Shown here: positions 36,272 to 45,848 of the stretch, one piece after another
Position numbering within the stretch: position 1 is the first letter of the stretch
How the letters are laid out: every line of letters starts with the position of its first letter
Source of the DNA: an uncultured Rhodospirillaceae bacterium
GTDB taxonomy: Bacteria > Pseudomonadota > Alphaproteobacteria > Micavibrionales > UBA2020
DNA: 64,000 nt
Direction of reading: 5' to 3'
Assembly (NCBI GenBank): GCA_964476835.1
Contig: CAYZCE010000004.1
Coordinates: 16,244-80,243, forward strand
Program-made: the position numbers and the translations under genes
Notes under the pieces: generated by a model
What the model was told of the DNA's origin: nothing
Database searches by the model: none
Seen by the model: the letters and a program-made list of their open reading frames with translations, nothing else

Positions 36272-37116
36272 CACTTTTGTCCCTTCACGAGGATGCATCC
36301 GCCCGGCACCGCCGTCTTGAGCATGGCGCAGATTTCACGCGCGCGGTCTTCGGTCACCTTGCCGGCCTGCAGGCGGTAGAACGTGCCCTTGGCGGGGAGG
36401 ACGACTTTTTCGGTGTGCATGCTCAGGTTTTTCAGCAAGCCCGGGTACTTCTTGCGTGCCCAATCCCAATCCTTCTTCGCGCCCGCGACATCGCGGTAAG
36501 AGCCGAGCTGGATATAGGAAGCGGCGACAGCCTTGGTGTTGGCGGTATCCGCGGCAGGTACAGCCGCGGCGGCGGCGGACGCTGCCGGCGGCACAAGCTT
36601 TTCAGCTTCCGGCGCGGCAGGCGTGAGATCAAGCTTCGGCGCGGACGTATCCTGGGGCGGCACAGCGGCGACTGAAGCCACTTCCGCCGCCGACGCATCC
36701 GCTTTCGCCGCTGCGGCGTCATCAGGCGATTGAAGGGCAGCGGATTTATCCATCGGCGCTTCGGGGCTGGGGAGGATCTTTTCAGGGCCGTTGCCGGGAT
36801 TTTTCTCGAGCGGTGCGAAGGCATCGCTGTCCTGATGCGGCACCGCCATCCCGCCCGGATCGACGGGAGCGACCTTGACCGGATCGGTGTCGGCCTTCAC
36901 GACAGGCACGTCCATGTCGACATAACGGTCGCCGCCGCGCGGATAGGCGTACCAGACGATGCTGATGAAAGCGAGGACCGCCACCACCGCCAGCGTGCCT
37001 TGCGGCAGGCGGCGCTTCGGCGGCTCTTCCTGCGGCTGCTTCCTGTTGGGCGCAGCAGCGCCGCGGTTCATGTAATAAGAGCCGAGGTTTTCGTCTTCGG
37101 TATTGTTGTCGCTCAT
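36271..37116 (-). CDS. SPOR-domain membrane protein
   Basis: One TM helix; P/A-rich linker; C-terminal SPOR 'YIQLGSYRDVAGAKKDW...FYRLQAG'. Confidence 0.8.
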   Translation of the reverse strand: MSDNNTEDENLGSYYMNRGAAAPNRKQPQEEPPKRRLPQGTLAVVAVLAFISIVWYAYPRGGDRYVDMDVPVVKADTDPVKVAPVDPGGMAVPHQDSDAFAPLEKNPGNGPEKILPSPEAPMDKSAALQSPDDAAAAKADASAAEVASVAAVPPQDTSAPKLDLTPAAPEAEKLVPPAASAAAAAVPAADTANTKAVAASYIQLGSYRDVAGAKKDWDWARKKYPGLLKNLSMHTEKVVLPAKGTFYRLQAGKVTEDRAREICAMLKTAVPGGCILVKGQK

Positions 37117-38870
37117 CCGTGCATCTCCTCCACCGGCGTTACACCCATCACGGCGAGGCCCGAGGCGATGACGGTCGCAACCGCCTTCACCAGCGCCAGC
37201 CGCGCGCGGCTCAGTTCCTTGTCGCTGTCGATCAGGAAACGCAGGGTCGCGTCCTCGCGCCCCTTGTTCCAGAAGGAATGGAATTCCGACGCGAGGTCGT
37301 GCAGGTAGATCGCGATGCGGTGCGGTTCCAGCGCTTCCGCCGCGCTCTCGACGAAGCGCGGCCAGCCGGCCATCAGGCGGACAAGCTTCAGTTCCTCCTC
37401 CGACGACAGGCGCGACATGTCGGCCGTGGCCAGCGCGGGTGCGGACAGGTCGATGTCATGCCACATATTCTTCGCGTTGCGGAACACGGAATAGCAGCGC
37501 GCATGCGCATACTGCACATAGAACACCGGGTTGTCCTTCGATTGCTCGACGACCTTGGCGTAGTCGAATTCCAGCTCGCTGTCGGGCGTGCGCGCCATCA
37601 TGAAGAAGCGCACCGCGCCCGCACCCACCTCTTCCACCATCTCGCGCAGCGTGATGATGTTGCCGGAGCGCTTGGAGAACTTCACCGGCACGCCGTTCTT
37701 GAGCACCTTGACCATGCCGCAGAACATCACGTCGATCTTGGCCTTGCCTTCCGACAGCGCGGCGACGGCCGGGCGCATCTTGTCGAGGTAGTTGCCGTGG
37801 TCCTTGCCGAGCACGTTGATCATGTGGTTGAAGCCGCGCGTCATCTTGTCGTAGTGGTACGCGATGTCGGGCATGATGTAGGCCCAGTTGCCGTCACGCT
37901 TCTTCAGCGGCCGGTCGGAGCTGTCGCCGAATTTCGACGAGCGGAACAGCGTCAGCTCCGCCGGCTCCCAATCGTCCATTTCCTTGCCCTTAGGCGGCGG
38001 CAGCGTGCCTTGGTAGATCAGGTCCATATCGGACAGCGTCTTGAAGACCTTGTCCAGCGTGCCGTTCTCGATGACTTCACGCTCGTTGGCGAAATAGTCG
38101 TGGTGGATGCCGATGAGGTCGAGGTCCTTGCGGATTTCTTCCATCATGTACTGAACGGCGAAGGCGCGGATCGGCGCGATCCATTCGGCTTCGTCCTTGG
38201 CCAGCCAGCCTTGGCCATCGCGCTTGGCCAATGCGGCGCCCACGTCCTTGAGGTATTCGCCGGGGTACAACCCTTCGGGGATCGTGACGAGGTCGTCGCC
38301 GAGCGCTTCGCGATAGCGCAGGTACACGGTACGCGCCAGCACATCGACCTGCGTGCCGGCATCGTTGAAGTAATATTCGCGCGTGACGTCATAGCCCGCT
38401 TTCTGCAGCAGGCGCGCCAGCACGTCGCCGATCACCGCACCGCGCACGTGGCCCGCATGCATCGGGCCGGTCGGGTTGGCGGAGACGTATTCGACGTTGA
38501 CCTTCTCGCCCTTGCCCAGCATGCTGTCGCCGAAGCGTTCGCCCTTGGCGAGAATCTCGCCGAGGATGTTCACCCACTCAACCGGATGCAGGCGGAAGTT
38601 GACAAAGCCCGGCCCTGCGACCGATGCATCCGCGACGCCCGGCAGTTCCTTGAGCTTCACAACCAGCGCTTCGCCGAGCGTACGCGGATTGGTGCCTGCG
38701 TTCTTCGCCAGCACCATCGCGGCATTGGTCGCCATGTCGCCATGCGACGCCTCGCGCGGCGGTTCCACCTTGGCGCGGGAAAGGTCGAGACCCGCCGGCA
38801 GCGCACCGGATGCGATCATGCTGTTGAGGATTTTAAGGACCTCATCCTGATAGCGATGGAATATGTTCAT
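37113..38870 (-). CDS. argS: arginyl-tRNA synthetase
   Basis: HIGH-type 'PTGPMHAGHVRG'; 'KFSKRSGN' (KMSK-like); DALR anticodon-binding C-terminus. ATG 38870. Confidence 0.93.
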   Translation of the reverse strand: MNIFHRYQDEVLKILNSMIASGALPAGLDLSRAKVEPPREASHGDMATNAAMVLAKNAGTNPRTLGEALVVKLKELPGVADASVAGPGFVNFRLHPVEWVNILGEILAKGERFGDSMLGKGEKVNVEYVSANPTGPMHAGHVRGAVIGDVLARLLQKAGYDVTREYYFNDAGTQVDVLARTVYLRYREALGDDLVTIPEGLYPGEYLKDVGAALAKRDGQGWLAKDEAEWIAPIRAFAVQYMMEEIRKDLDLIGIHHDYFANEREVIENGTLDKVFKTLSDMDLIYQGTLPPPKGKEMDDWEPAELTLFRSSKFGDSSDRPLKKRDGNWAYIMPDIAYHYDKMTRGFNHMINVLGKDHGNYLDKMRPAVAALSEGKAKIDVMFCGMVKVLKNGVPVKFSKRSGNIITLREMVEEVGAGAVRFFMMARTPDSELEFDYAKVVEQSKDNPVFYVQYAHARCYSVFRNAKNMWHDIDLSAPALATADMSRLSSEEELKLVRLMAGWPRFVESAAEALEPHRIAIYLHDLASEFHSFWNKGREDATLRFLIDSDKELSRARLALVKAVATVIASGLAVMGVTPVEEMHG

Positions 38871-38937
38871 GACGGTGATTTTAGAGAAAAATTCCCACGA
38901 ATAACAGGGTTTTAGACGGTTTCTTGTCAAAAAATAA

Positions 38938-38966
38938 TTGACATAATTAAGGAAAAGCTGTAGCAT
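38938..38966 (+). promoter_or_regulatory. candidate sigma70-type promoter for the 39010 ORF
   Basis: TTGACA, 17-nt spacer, TAGCAT, in the AT-rich divergent region. Confidence 0.35.
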
Positions 38967-39009
38967 CTAAAACAAGTCAATAAATGCCAAGAAAAAAAGG
39001 ATATTCCTC

Positions 39010-39465
39010 ATGACGATCAGCAGCTTCTTCAACCGTCTCCTCGGCACCGAAACCGCCACCGCGAGCGTCATGAACACCGTTACCTTCGTGACCACGCGCG
39101 CACGTGGCGCCGACGAACCGAACCCCGAGAGCACGACCAGCTACACCACCCCGCAAAAGGGCTACACCGTCGATCTCGACACCGCCACGGTTTATAAAAG
39201 CTGCGAAGCGCGCAAGGTCAAGGGCGGCGATTATGCCGTATCGGTCATCGAGACCGTCGTCGTCGCGTCGGAAAACCCGGGTTACAAGCGCAGCTACACC
39301 ACCGCAACGCAAGTTCCCAACGCTGACGGCACGCTGGTATTCGACGCCGATGAAGCCGTCTCTGCCCTCAAGTCTTTCGAGAAGCACTTCGGTTCGCAGC
39401 CGGAATACAAGGTCTCCGGCGGCGCCGAACCCCGCCACTACAAGAAATACGAGCCGAAGCCGTAA
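39010..39465 (+). CDS. hypothetical protein (151 aa, Thr-rich)
   Basis: RBS AAGGA; GC3-rich codons; followed by a strong terminator. No motif recognised. Confidence 0.55.
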   Translation: MTISSFFNRLLGTETATASVMNTVTFVTTRARGADEPNPESTTSYTTPQKGYTVDLDTATVYKSCEARKVKGGDYAVSVIETVVVASENPGYKRSYTTATQVPNADGTLVFDADEAVSALKSFEKHFGSQPEYKVSGGAEPRHYKKYEPKP

Positions 39466-39483
39466 GAACGGCCTCCACCAAAC

Positions 39484-39514
39484 AAAAAGCCGGAACTTAG
39501 GGTTCCGGCTTTTT
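39484..39514. terminator. bidirectional rho-independent terminator between convergent genes
   Basis: AAAAA-GCCGGAAC-ttagg-GTTCCGGC-TTTTT. Confidence 0.8.
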
Positions 39515-39530
39515 GTTTGCGCAATGATTT

Positions 39531-40724
39531 TCAGCGCCGGTACGGGTCGAACAGTTCCTTGTGTTCCAGCAGCGCCGAGCGGTCGGTAAGGCCGGCGATA
39601 TAATCAGCGACGATGCGGGCGCGCGCAGTCTTGCTGACGCCTTCTGCTTGCGCCTTCCATTCAGGTGGCAGGCAGCGCGGGTTTTCGAGGAAGGCGGCGA
39701 AGAGGTCCTGCACCACCTTGAACGTGGTGAGGCGCGAGCGGCTGACGTGGTCCGACAGGTAGAAGTTGTTCCACAGAAAACCGCGCAGCTCGCTGTCGCG
39801 CTTCTGCATGGTGGGCGACATCGTCACGATCTGGCGGTCGGCGTGGCGCACGTCGTCGGGGCATTCGGGCGCGATCCTGGCGAGACGCGCCTTGGTCTCC
39901 GCCAGCACGTCGACAACATAGGTGCCCATCACGTCGCGGATGGTTTCCTGCACCAACCGACGGTCGTCGATGCCGGGGTAATCGCGGCGCTTCTGGTGGA
40001 TGATTTTATCCACCCACTCCACCGCCTTGAGGTCGGCCAACGTGAAGATGCCGCCGCCGATGCCGTCGTCGATGTCGTGGCTGTTGTAGGCGATGTCGTC
40101 GGCTATCCCTGCGATCTGCGCCTCGAGCGAGGCGTAGGTGTTGAGCATCAAATCCATCTCGCCGCTCAGTTCCTTGAGCGTGATTTCCAGCTTCTTCTTC
40201 ATCGGGCCATTGTGCTTGACGAGGCCCTCGAGGCTCTCCCACGTCAGGTTGAGGCCGTCGAAGTTGGGATACTTCTTCTCCAGCTTGGTCACCACGCGCA
40301 ACGTCTGGTCGTTGTGGTCGAAGCCGCCGTAGGGCTTCATGCATTCCTTGAGCGCATCCTCGCCCACGTGGGCGAAGGGCGTGTGGCCGAGGTCGTGCGC
40401 GAGCGCGCAGGTCTCGGCGAGGTCCTCGTTCGCGCGCAGGTGCCGGGCGAGCGAGCGCGCCACTTGCGCGACCTCGATGCTGTGGCTGAGGCGCGTGCGG
40501 AACTGGTCGCCTTCGTGATAGACGAACACCTGCGTCTTGAACTTGAGGCGGCGGAAGGCGGTGGAGTGGATGACGCGGTCGCGGTCGCGCTCGAAGTCGC
40601 CGCGCGTCTTGCTCGGCAGTTCGGGATAGAGGCGGCCGCGGTTGTCGTTCTCGCGGCTCGCGTAAGCCGCGAAACCATCATCGTGAATTTTCGGCAGGGA
40701 TTTCAGCTTCTTAGCTTTGGACAT
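39531..40724 (-). CDS. dgt: dGTP triphosphohydrolase-like HD-domain protein
   Basis: 'RTRLSHSIEVAQV' and HD motif 'ALAHDLGHTPFAH'. Confidence 0.88.
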   Translation of the reverse strand: MSKAKKLKSLPKIHDDGFAAYASRENDNRGRLYPELPSKTRGDFERDRDRVIHSTAFRRLKFKTQVFVYHEGDQFRTRLSHSIEVAQVARSLARHLRANEDLAETCALAHDLGHTPFAHVGEDALKECMKPYGGFDHNDQTLRVVTKLEKKYPNFDGLNLTWESLEGLVKHNGPMKKKLEITLKELSGEMDLMLNTYASLEAQIAGIADDIAYNSHDIDDGIGGGIFTLADLKAVEWVDKIIHQKRRDYPGIDDRRLVQETIRDVMGTYVVDVLAETKARLARIAPECPDDVRHADRQIVTMSPTMQKRDSELRGFLWNNFYLSDHVSRSRLTTFKVVQDLFAAFLENPRCLPPEWKAQAEGVSKTARARIVADYIAGLTDRSALLEHKELFDPYRR

Positions 40725-40790
40725 CGCAAAATCCTTTCAATGACAAGCTTTTAGAGCATATAATAAGGGTATAACAAAGGAAAATGTGCC

Positions 40791-41129
40791 ATGACCGCCG
40801 AAACACTGTCAATGACCGACTCTTGCGCGCGTCGCATCCTCTCCCTGCGCGAAAAACAGGGCAACCCGAAACTCGCCCTGCGCGTGACGGTGCTGGGGGG
40901 CGGCTGTTCGGGTTTTAAATACACCCTCGAATTCGACGACCAGTCCCAGCCCGACGACGTGACCGTGGAGAAGAACGGCGCGACGCTGGTGACGGACGAA
41001 ACCTCGCTCCCCTTCCTCGCCAACGCTGTCGTGGATTACGAACAGAGCCTGATGGGCTCCGCCTTCAAGATCAAGAACCCGAACGCGGCCTCGAGCTGCG
41101 GCTGCGGCAAGTCGTTCTCGACGATGTAA
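40791..41129 (+). CDS. erpA: iron-sulfur cluster insertion protein, HesB/IscA/ErpA family
   Basis: 'GGGCSGFKY' and C-terminal 'SCGCGKSF'. Confidence 0.88.
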   Translation: MTAETLSMTDSCARRILSLREKQGNPKLALRVTVLGGGCSGFKYTLEFDDQSQPDDVTVEKNGATLVTDETSLPFLANAVVDYEQSLMGSAFKIKNPNAASSCGCGKSFSTM

Positions 41130-42593
41130 TCAGGCCTTCGCTTTACGCAGGCCGAGATACACCACAAAAGCAATCGCGAAACCGATGAACCACGCATAGG
41201 CGTAAAGGCCTTGCAGCGGTGCGTCGTTCAGTAGCTTCACTTGCACGAGGAAGCCAGACAAGCTCGGCAGGACGCCGGCTACGAAAGCGATAAGGGCTGC
41301 GGGACTGATGCCGGCATAAGGCCCCTTCTCGCGATACAGTCCCGCAAGGTCGAGCTTGCAGCGGCGATACACGAAATAATCCGCGATCAGGATGCCGCCG
41401 ATGGGGCCGAGCAGCGCGCTATAAGCGATCAGCCACGTGAAGATATAGCCGTTCGGGTCGGCGACCAGCTTCCACGGCATCATCAATACGCCGATCACGC
41501 CGGTGATATACCCGCCGGTGCGGAACGAGATCTTGCTGGGCGCGAGGTGCGCGAAATCGTTGGCAGGCGAGACCACATTGGCCGCGATGTTGGTCGCCAA
41601 CGTCGCGACGCAGAGCGCGAGCATCGAGACGACCAGCACGACTGGGTTGGTGAAGCGCGTCAGCACGTCGACCGGGTTCCAGATCGGCGCGCCATAGATG
41701 ACGGTGGTGGCCGAAGTGACCGCGACGCCGATGAAGGCATAGAGCGCCATCGTCAGCGGCAAGCCGATCGCCTGCCCGAGCGCCTGATCCTTCTGCGTCT
41801 TCGCATAGCGCGAGAAGTCGGGAATGTTGAGCGACAAGGTCGCCCAGAAGCCGACCATGCCCGTCAGCGCCGGGAAGAAATAGTGCCAGAACTGCCCCGC
41901 CTGCGGTTGGCCTGCGTCGAACTGCGACGGCTGCGACAGGATGGGGCCGAAGCCGCCTGCCGCCTTGTACGCCCACGCCAGCAGCGCGAGGCCGAGCGCG
42001 ATCAGCAATGGCGCCTTGATGTTGAGCAGGAAGCGGATGGTGTCGATGCCGCGCCATATCACCCACATGTTGATGCCCCAGAACAGCAGGAAACACGCGA
42101 ACTGCCCGGGCGTGATGCCGAACATGTTGTCAGCCGCCGCGGTCTGGATGTTGAAGACTACCGCGCAGATTTTATAAATCGCCTCGCCGCCGATCCACGT
42201 CTGGATGCCGAACCAGCCGCAGGCGACCAGCGCGCGCAGCACGGCGGGGATATTGGCGCCCTTGGTGCCAAAGGCCGCGCGGCAGTAAACCGGGAACGGG
42301 ATGCCGTAGCGCGTGCCCGCATGCGCATTGAGGATCATCGGCAGCAGCACGATCAGGTTGCCGAGGAAGATGGTCAAGACCGCCTGCCACCAGTTCATCC
42401 CGCCGCCGATCAACGACGAAGCGAGCATATAAGTCGGGATGCAGGCCGACATCGACACCCACAGGGCGGCGAAGCTGAACATCCCCCACTTGCGCCCCGC
42501 CGCGCCCACCGGCGCGAGGTCGCCGTTGCATATCCCGCTGCCCTTAAGTTCGAGCTGCTCGGCTTTCGACAGTTCGGCGCAGAGTGTCGTCAT
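41130..42593 (-). CDS. NCS1-family nucleobase/allantoin:cation symporter
   Basis: 12-TM permease with the N-terminal 'NGDLAPV' NCS1 signature. ATG 42593 follows RBS AAGGAGA. Confidence 0.8.
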   Translation of the reverse strand: MTTLCAELSKAEQLELKGSGICNGDLAPVGAAGRKWGMFSFAALWVSMSACIPTYMLASSLIGGGMNWWQAVLTIFLGNLIVLLPMILNAHAGTRYGIPFPVYCRAAFGTKGANIPAVLRALVACGWFGIQTWIGGEAIYKICAVVFNIQTAAADNMFGITPGQFACFLLFWGINMWVIWRGIDTIRFLLNIKAPLLIALGLALLAWAYKAAGGFGPILSQPSQFDAGQPQAGQFWHYFFPALTGMVGFWATLSLNIPDFSRYAKTQKDQALGQAIGLPLTMALYAFIGVAVTSATTVIYGAPIWNPVDVLTRFTNPVVLVVSMLALCVATLATNIAANVVSPANDFAHLAPSKISFRTGGYITGVIGVLMMPWKLVADPNGYIFTWLIAYSALLGPIGGILIADYFVYRRCKLDLAGLYREKGPYAGISPAALIAFVAGVLPSLSGFLVQVKLLNDAPLQGLYAYAWFIGFAIAFVVYLGLRKAKA

Positions 42594-42595
42594 GA

Positions 42596-43138
42596 TCACT
42601 TCTCCTTTTGCGGCTTCCACGCGCTCGCGCGGGCTTGCGCGGTGGCGAGTGCGGCGGGCGTCAGGCGGCGCGCTACTGAATCGCGCGCCGTAGCCACGTT
42701 ACGCGAGCGGCCACCGGCCGAGGCCAATGTGAACCAGAAATAGGCCTCGGCGTAATTCTGCGTCACGCCGTCGCCGCGCACGTAGAGAGACGCGAGGTTC
42801 GCCTGCGCCAGCGCATCCCCCTGACGCGCGGCCTTTTCGTACCACTTGAAGGCCAGCGCAGCATCGCGCGCGTCCATGCCGAGGCCTGCGTCATAGAAAA
42901 AGCCGAGATTGGTCTCGGCGAACATATGCCCCTTGTTCGCGGCGCGCGTGTACCATTGCAGCGCCTTCTTGTCGTCGCGCGGCACGCCCTGTCCGCGCGC
43001 GTAGAGCGAGCCGAGCACGTATTGCGACGCCGCATCGCCCTTCTCCGCGGTCGCGACCAGCTTGCGGTCGGGCGCAGCGGAGGCAGGAACGGCGAACAAC
43101 GTGAGAGCCAGAACGATCAACACCAGAAGGCGGGTCAT
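42596..43138 (-). CDS. secreted Sel1-repeat (SLR/TPR-like) protein
   Basis: Signal peptide; repeated 'A..WY.KAA.QG.A.AQ..LG.LY..G.GV' units. Confidence 0.8.
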   Translation of the reverse strand: MTRLLVLIVLALTLFAVPASAAPDRKLVATAEKGDAASQYVLGSLYARGQGVPRDDKKALQWYTRAANKGHMFAETNLGFFYDAGLGMDARDAALAFKWYEKAARQGDALAQANLASLYVRGDGVTQNYAEAYFWFTLASAGGRSRNVATARDSVARRLTPAALATAQARASAWKPQKEK

Positions 43139-43278
43139 TGCGTGTGTACTTCCTTGAATTTAACAGCTTTTTGTCAGGGTAGCGGCGTGACGGCGACGAG
43201 GCAAGAGACAACCTTGACTCGCTGGGTTAAATTCTTCACATTGTGTAAAATAATACGCCGACAGAAACAGGAAAGCCT

Positions 43279-43809
43279 ATGCACGCCAAAAACGCCCTGC
43301 TGATCTGCCTGACCACCCTCAGTTCCGTTTTCGGCGCCGCTGCCCTGCCGCCGAAATCGCCCGAGCGTGCGCTGGCTGTCACCGAAACTTATACGCCCCT
43401 GGTCACCAATGACGGCCGCCTGCCCTTCAAACCCGGCGTCGAGGACGAACTGCAAAGCACCGCAGTCAAGATGCTGTGGAAGCTCGGCACGCACGGGGAG
43501 TGGACGATGACCAAGCAGATCTGGGCGCTGCAGGATATCATCTACTATAAGACGCCGCTGCCCGTTTATAACCGCCTCGTCACGGCGCTCAACGACGATG
43601 CCGATCGCAAGAAGATCGTCGGCGCGCTGGTCGCGCTTGCCAACGGCGTGCTCAACGACGACAAGGTCGTATCGCAGAAATGCCGGGATTCGATCAAGTC
43701 CTGGTCGGCGGACCCGTTAAACTTCGCGCGCTACGTCAGCGGCGTGATCGGCAAGGACATCGTGTCCGAACCCAAACACGTCGCCGCGCCTGCGCCCGCG
43801 AAAAAATGA
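43279..43809 (+). CDS. hypothetical secreted protein
   Basis: Signal peptide 'LLICLTTLSSVFGAAA'; stop overlaps the xthA ATG (ATGA). Confidence 0.55.
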   Translation: MHAKNALLICLTTLSSVFGAAALPPKSPERALAVTETYTPLVTNDGRLPFKPGVEDELQSTAVKMLWKLGTHGEWTMTKQIWALQDIIYYKTPLPVYNRLVTALNDDADRKKIVGALVALANGVLNDDKVVSQKCRDSIKSWSADPLNFARYVSGVIGKDIVSEPKHVAAPAPAKK

Positions 43810-44597
43810 TCGTCGCCAGCTGGAACGTCAATTCCATCAACGTCCGCCTGTCCATCGTGCTGGAGTGGCTGAAAGCCCACGCGCCCGACGTCCTGCTACT
43901 GCAGGAACTCAAGATGACGGAAGACAAATTCCCCGCGGCTGATTTCGAGGCGCTCGGCTACGAAAGCGCCGTCTTCGGCCAGAAGGCATGGAACGGCGTC
44001 GCCATCCTCTCCCGGCACAAGATCTTGGATATCCGGAAAGGCCTGCCCGGCGGCGACAATGATGAACAGGCGCGCTACATTGAAGCCAATGTCAACGGCC
44101 TGCGCGTCGCCTCGATCTACCTGCCGAACGGCAATCCCGTCGGCACTGAAAAATACCCTTACAAGCTGGCATGGATGGAACGCCTGCGCGCGCATGTGGC
44201 GATGCTGCTGAAAGCGGAGCAGCCGCTGGTGCTCGGCGGCGATTACAACGTGATTCCCGAAGCGCGCGACTGTTACGATCCACGCGCATGGGCGGAAGAC
44301 GCGCTCTTCCGTCTCGAGACACGACAGAAATTCCGCGCGTTGCTCAACCTCGGCCTTACCGACGCCTTCCGCGTGCACAACGACAAGGACGACCAATATA
44401 CATTCTGGGATTATCAGGCTGGCTCATGGCCGCGCAACGCGGGCATCCGCATCGACCACTTCCTGCTCTCGCCGCAGGCGGCCGACCTGCTGGAACGCTG
44501 CGTCATCGACACGCAGCCGCGCGGGCTCGAGAAAGCCTCGGACCACACGCCGATCCTCGTCAAGCTCTCACAGCCGACGATCCTGCATAACCTTTAA
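43806..44597 (+). CDS. xthA: exodeoxyribonuclease III
   Basis: 'IVASWNVNSI', 'LLLQELK', 'GDYNV', 'SDHTPI'. Confidence 0.9.
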   Translation: MIVASWNVNSINVRLSIVLEWLKAHAPDVLLLQELKMTEDKFPAADFEALGYESAVFGQKAWNGVAILSRHKILDIRKGLPGGDNDEQARYIEANVNGLRVASIYLPNGNPVGTEKYPYKLAWMERLRAHVAMLLKAEQPLVLGGDYNVIPEARDCYDPRAWAEDALFRLETRQKFRALLNLGLTDAFRVHNDKDDQYTFWDYQAGSWPRNAGIRIDHFLLSPQAADLLERCVIDTQPRGLEKASDHTPILVKLSQPTILHNL

Positions 44598-44600
44598 GGC

Positions 44601-45071
44601 TTAGGCCTTCGGGCGCGGCCAAAGGCGGTCGCCAGCCTTATTGATCAGCACTGTATCTTTTGCGGTGGATGGGAAGAACGCCCACAGCCTGCCTTGCGCG
44701 TCCTCATAGAACGTGCCGTCTTCCTGCTTGATGCGTTCCAGCGTGGAGGCCGGCATAAGCTTACGATTAGAGTCGTATTTGGCGGCTGTGTTGAAGTCAG
44801 CGAGGCTGACGACCTTCGAGGCGAAGCGATAGCGGGTCGTCGCATTCTCGCGGCGCATGAACTGGAGTTCGCTGCCGTCTTCCAGTTCCACCTTTGCCGT
44901 CACCGCCTTCGCAAAATGGAAGCCGAGGTGATAGGACTGGAAATCGAATTCCTTAAGCGCCGCATCGACCGTCGCCGATGACACAGGCACGGGCGTATTC
45001 TCGCCGTCGATCGCGATGGGGACGATCAGGTTATCGGTAGTGACGATAGCTTTGCCGGTTTGTTCGGTCAT
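44601..45071 (-). CDS. hypothetical protein (156 aa)
   Basis: ORF with coding-like GC3 bias; no signal peptide or motif recognised. Confidence 0.5.
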   Translation of the reverse strand: MTEQTGKAIVTTDNLIVPIAIDGENTPVPVSSATVDAALKEFDFQSYHLGFHFAKAVTAKVELEDGSELQFMRRENATTRYRFASKVVSLADFNTAAKYDSNRKLMPASTLERIKQEDGTFYEDAQGRLWAFFPSTAKDTVLINKAGDRLWPRPKA

Positions 45072-45154
45072 GAAAAATGTCCTGTTTCAAATGATGAATT
45101 TGAAGAACATAGGCGCGCGCAAAGGACATGTCCAGCCGGAAAAAGCCCGGAAAA

Positions 45155-45844
45155 TCAGAAAATCGACCAAACCTGGAACTTGCTCTTGAGATCCGTCGTG
45201 CCGGGCTTGCTGCGCGGCAGCAGGACCTTCGGGTCGGCAAGGAAGTTGCGGTAGTAGCCGACGGTGTACGGATGATAGCGGCTGTCCAGCTCGACCGAGC
45301 TCATGATGGTCGAGAAGACCGGCGCATATTGCGCGTAAGTCTCCAGGCTCGAGGAGCAGGCGACGACATAGCGCGTGCCGCCGTAGATGCTGCCGATCAT
45401 CGAGCCGTACATGTTACGCTTGCCCGCGCCGCTGTCGAAGACGAAGGAAGTCTTGATCGCGGTCGCATCACCCTTTCCGCCCAGACCGGCGGGAGCATAG
45501 TATTCGGTGACGACGGGATTTTCGTACTGGCCGACTTCGTTCTCCCAGAAATCGCGCGTCAGCGTCTCGTCCACCGCCTCGGTCATCAGCGGCTTGGGGT
45601 AGATTTTCAGGCGGCCGTCTTCCACCGCCTTGACGCGGCAGGTGGCGAAGTCTTCGCCGACCGGGCCGGCGATGCGCACGACCGTCGAAGGCTGGTCGGG
45701 GCTCTGCAGCGTCCAGCTGTCGGGGAAGGTGAACTTGAAGCCGTGCACCTTGTCTTCCCATACGTAATAGCTCGCCTGCGCCGACTGCGCGCAGGTCAGG
45801 GCGAAAATGAAAGCCGCCGCGGCGAAACCGAGCTTCATGCGCAT
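45155..45844 (-). CDS. hypothetical secreted protein (229 aa)
   Basis: Signal peptide 'MRMKLGFAAAAFIFALTCAQSAQA'; starts 4 nt after the murJ stop. Confidence 0.6.
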   Translation of the reverse strand: MRMKLGFAAAAFIFALTCAQSAQASYYVWEDKVHGFKFTFPDSWTLQSPDQPSTVVRIAGPVGEDFATCRVKAVEDGRLKIYPKPLMTEAVDETLTRDFWENEVGQYENPVVTEYYAPAGLGGKGDATAIKTSFVFDSGAGKRNMYGSMIGSIYGGTRYVVACSSSLETYAQYAPVFSTIMSSVELDSRYHPYTVGYYRNFLADPKVLLPRSKPGTTDLKSKFQVWSIF

Positions 45845-45848
45845 GTGC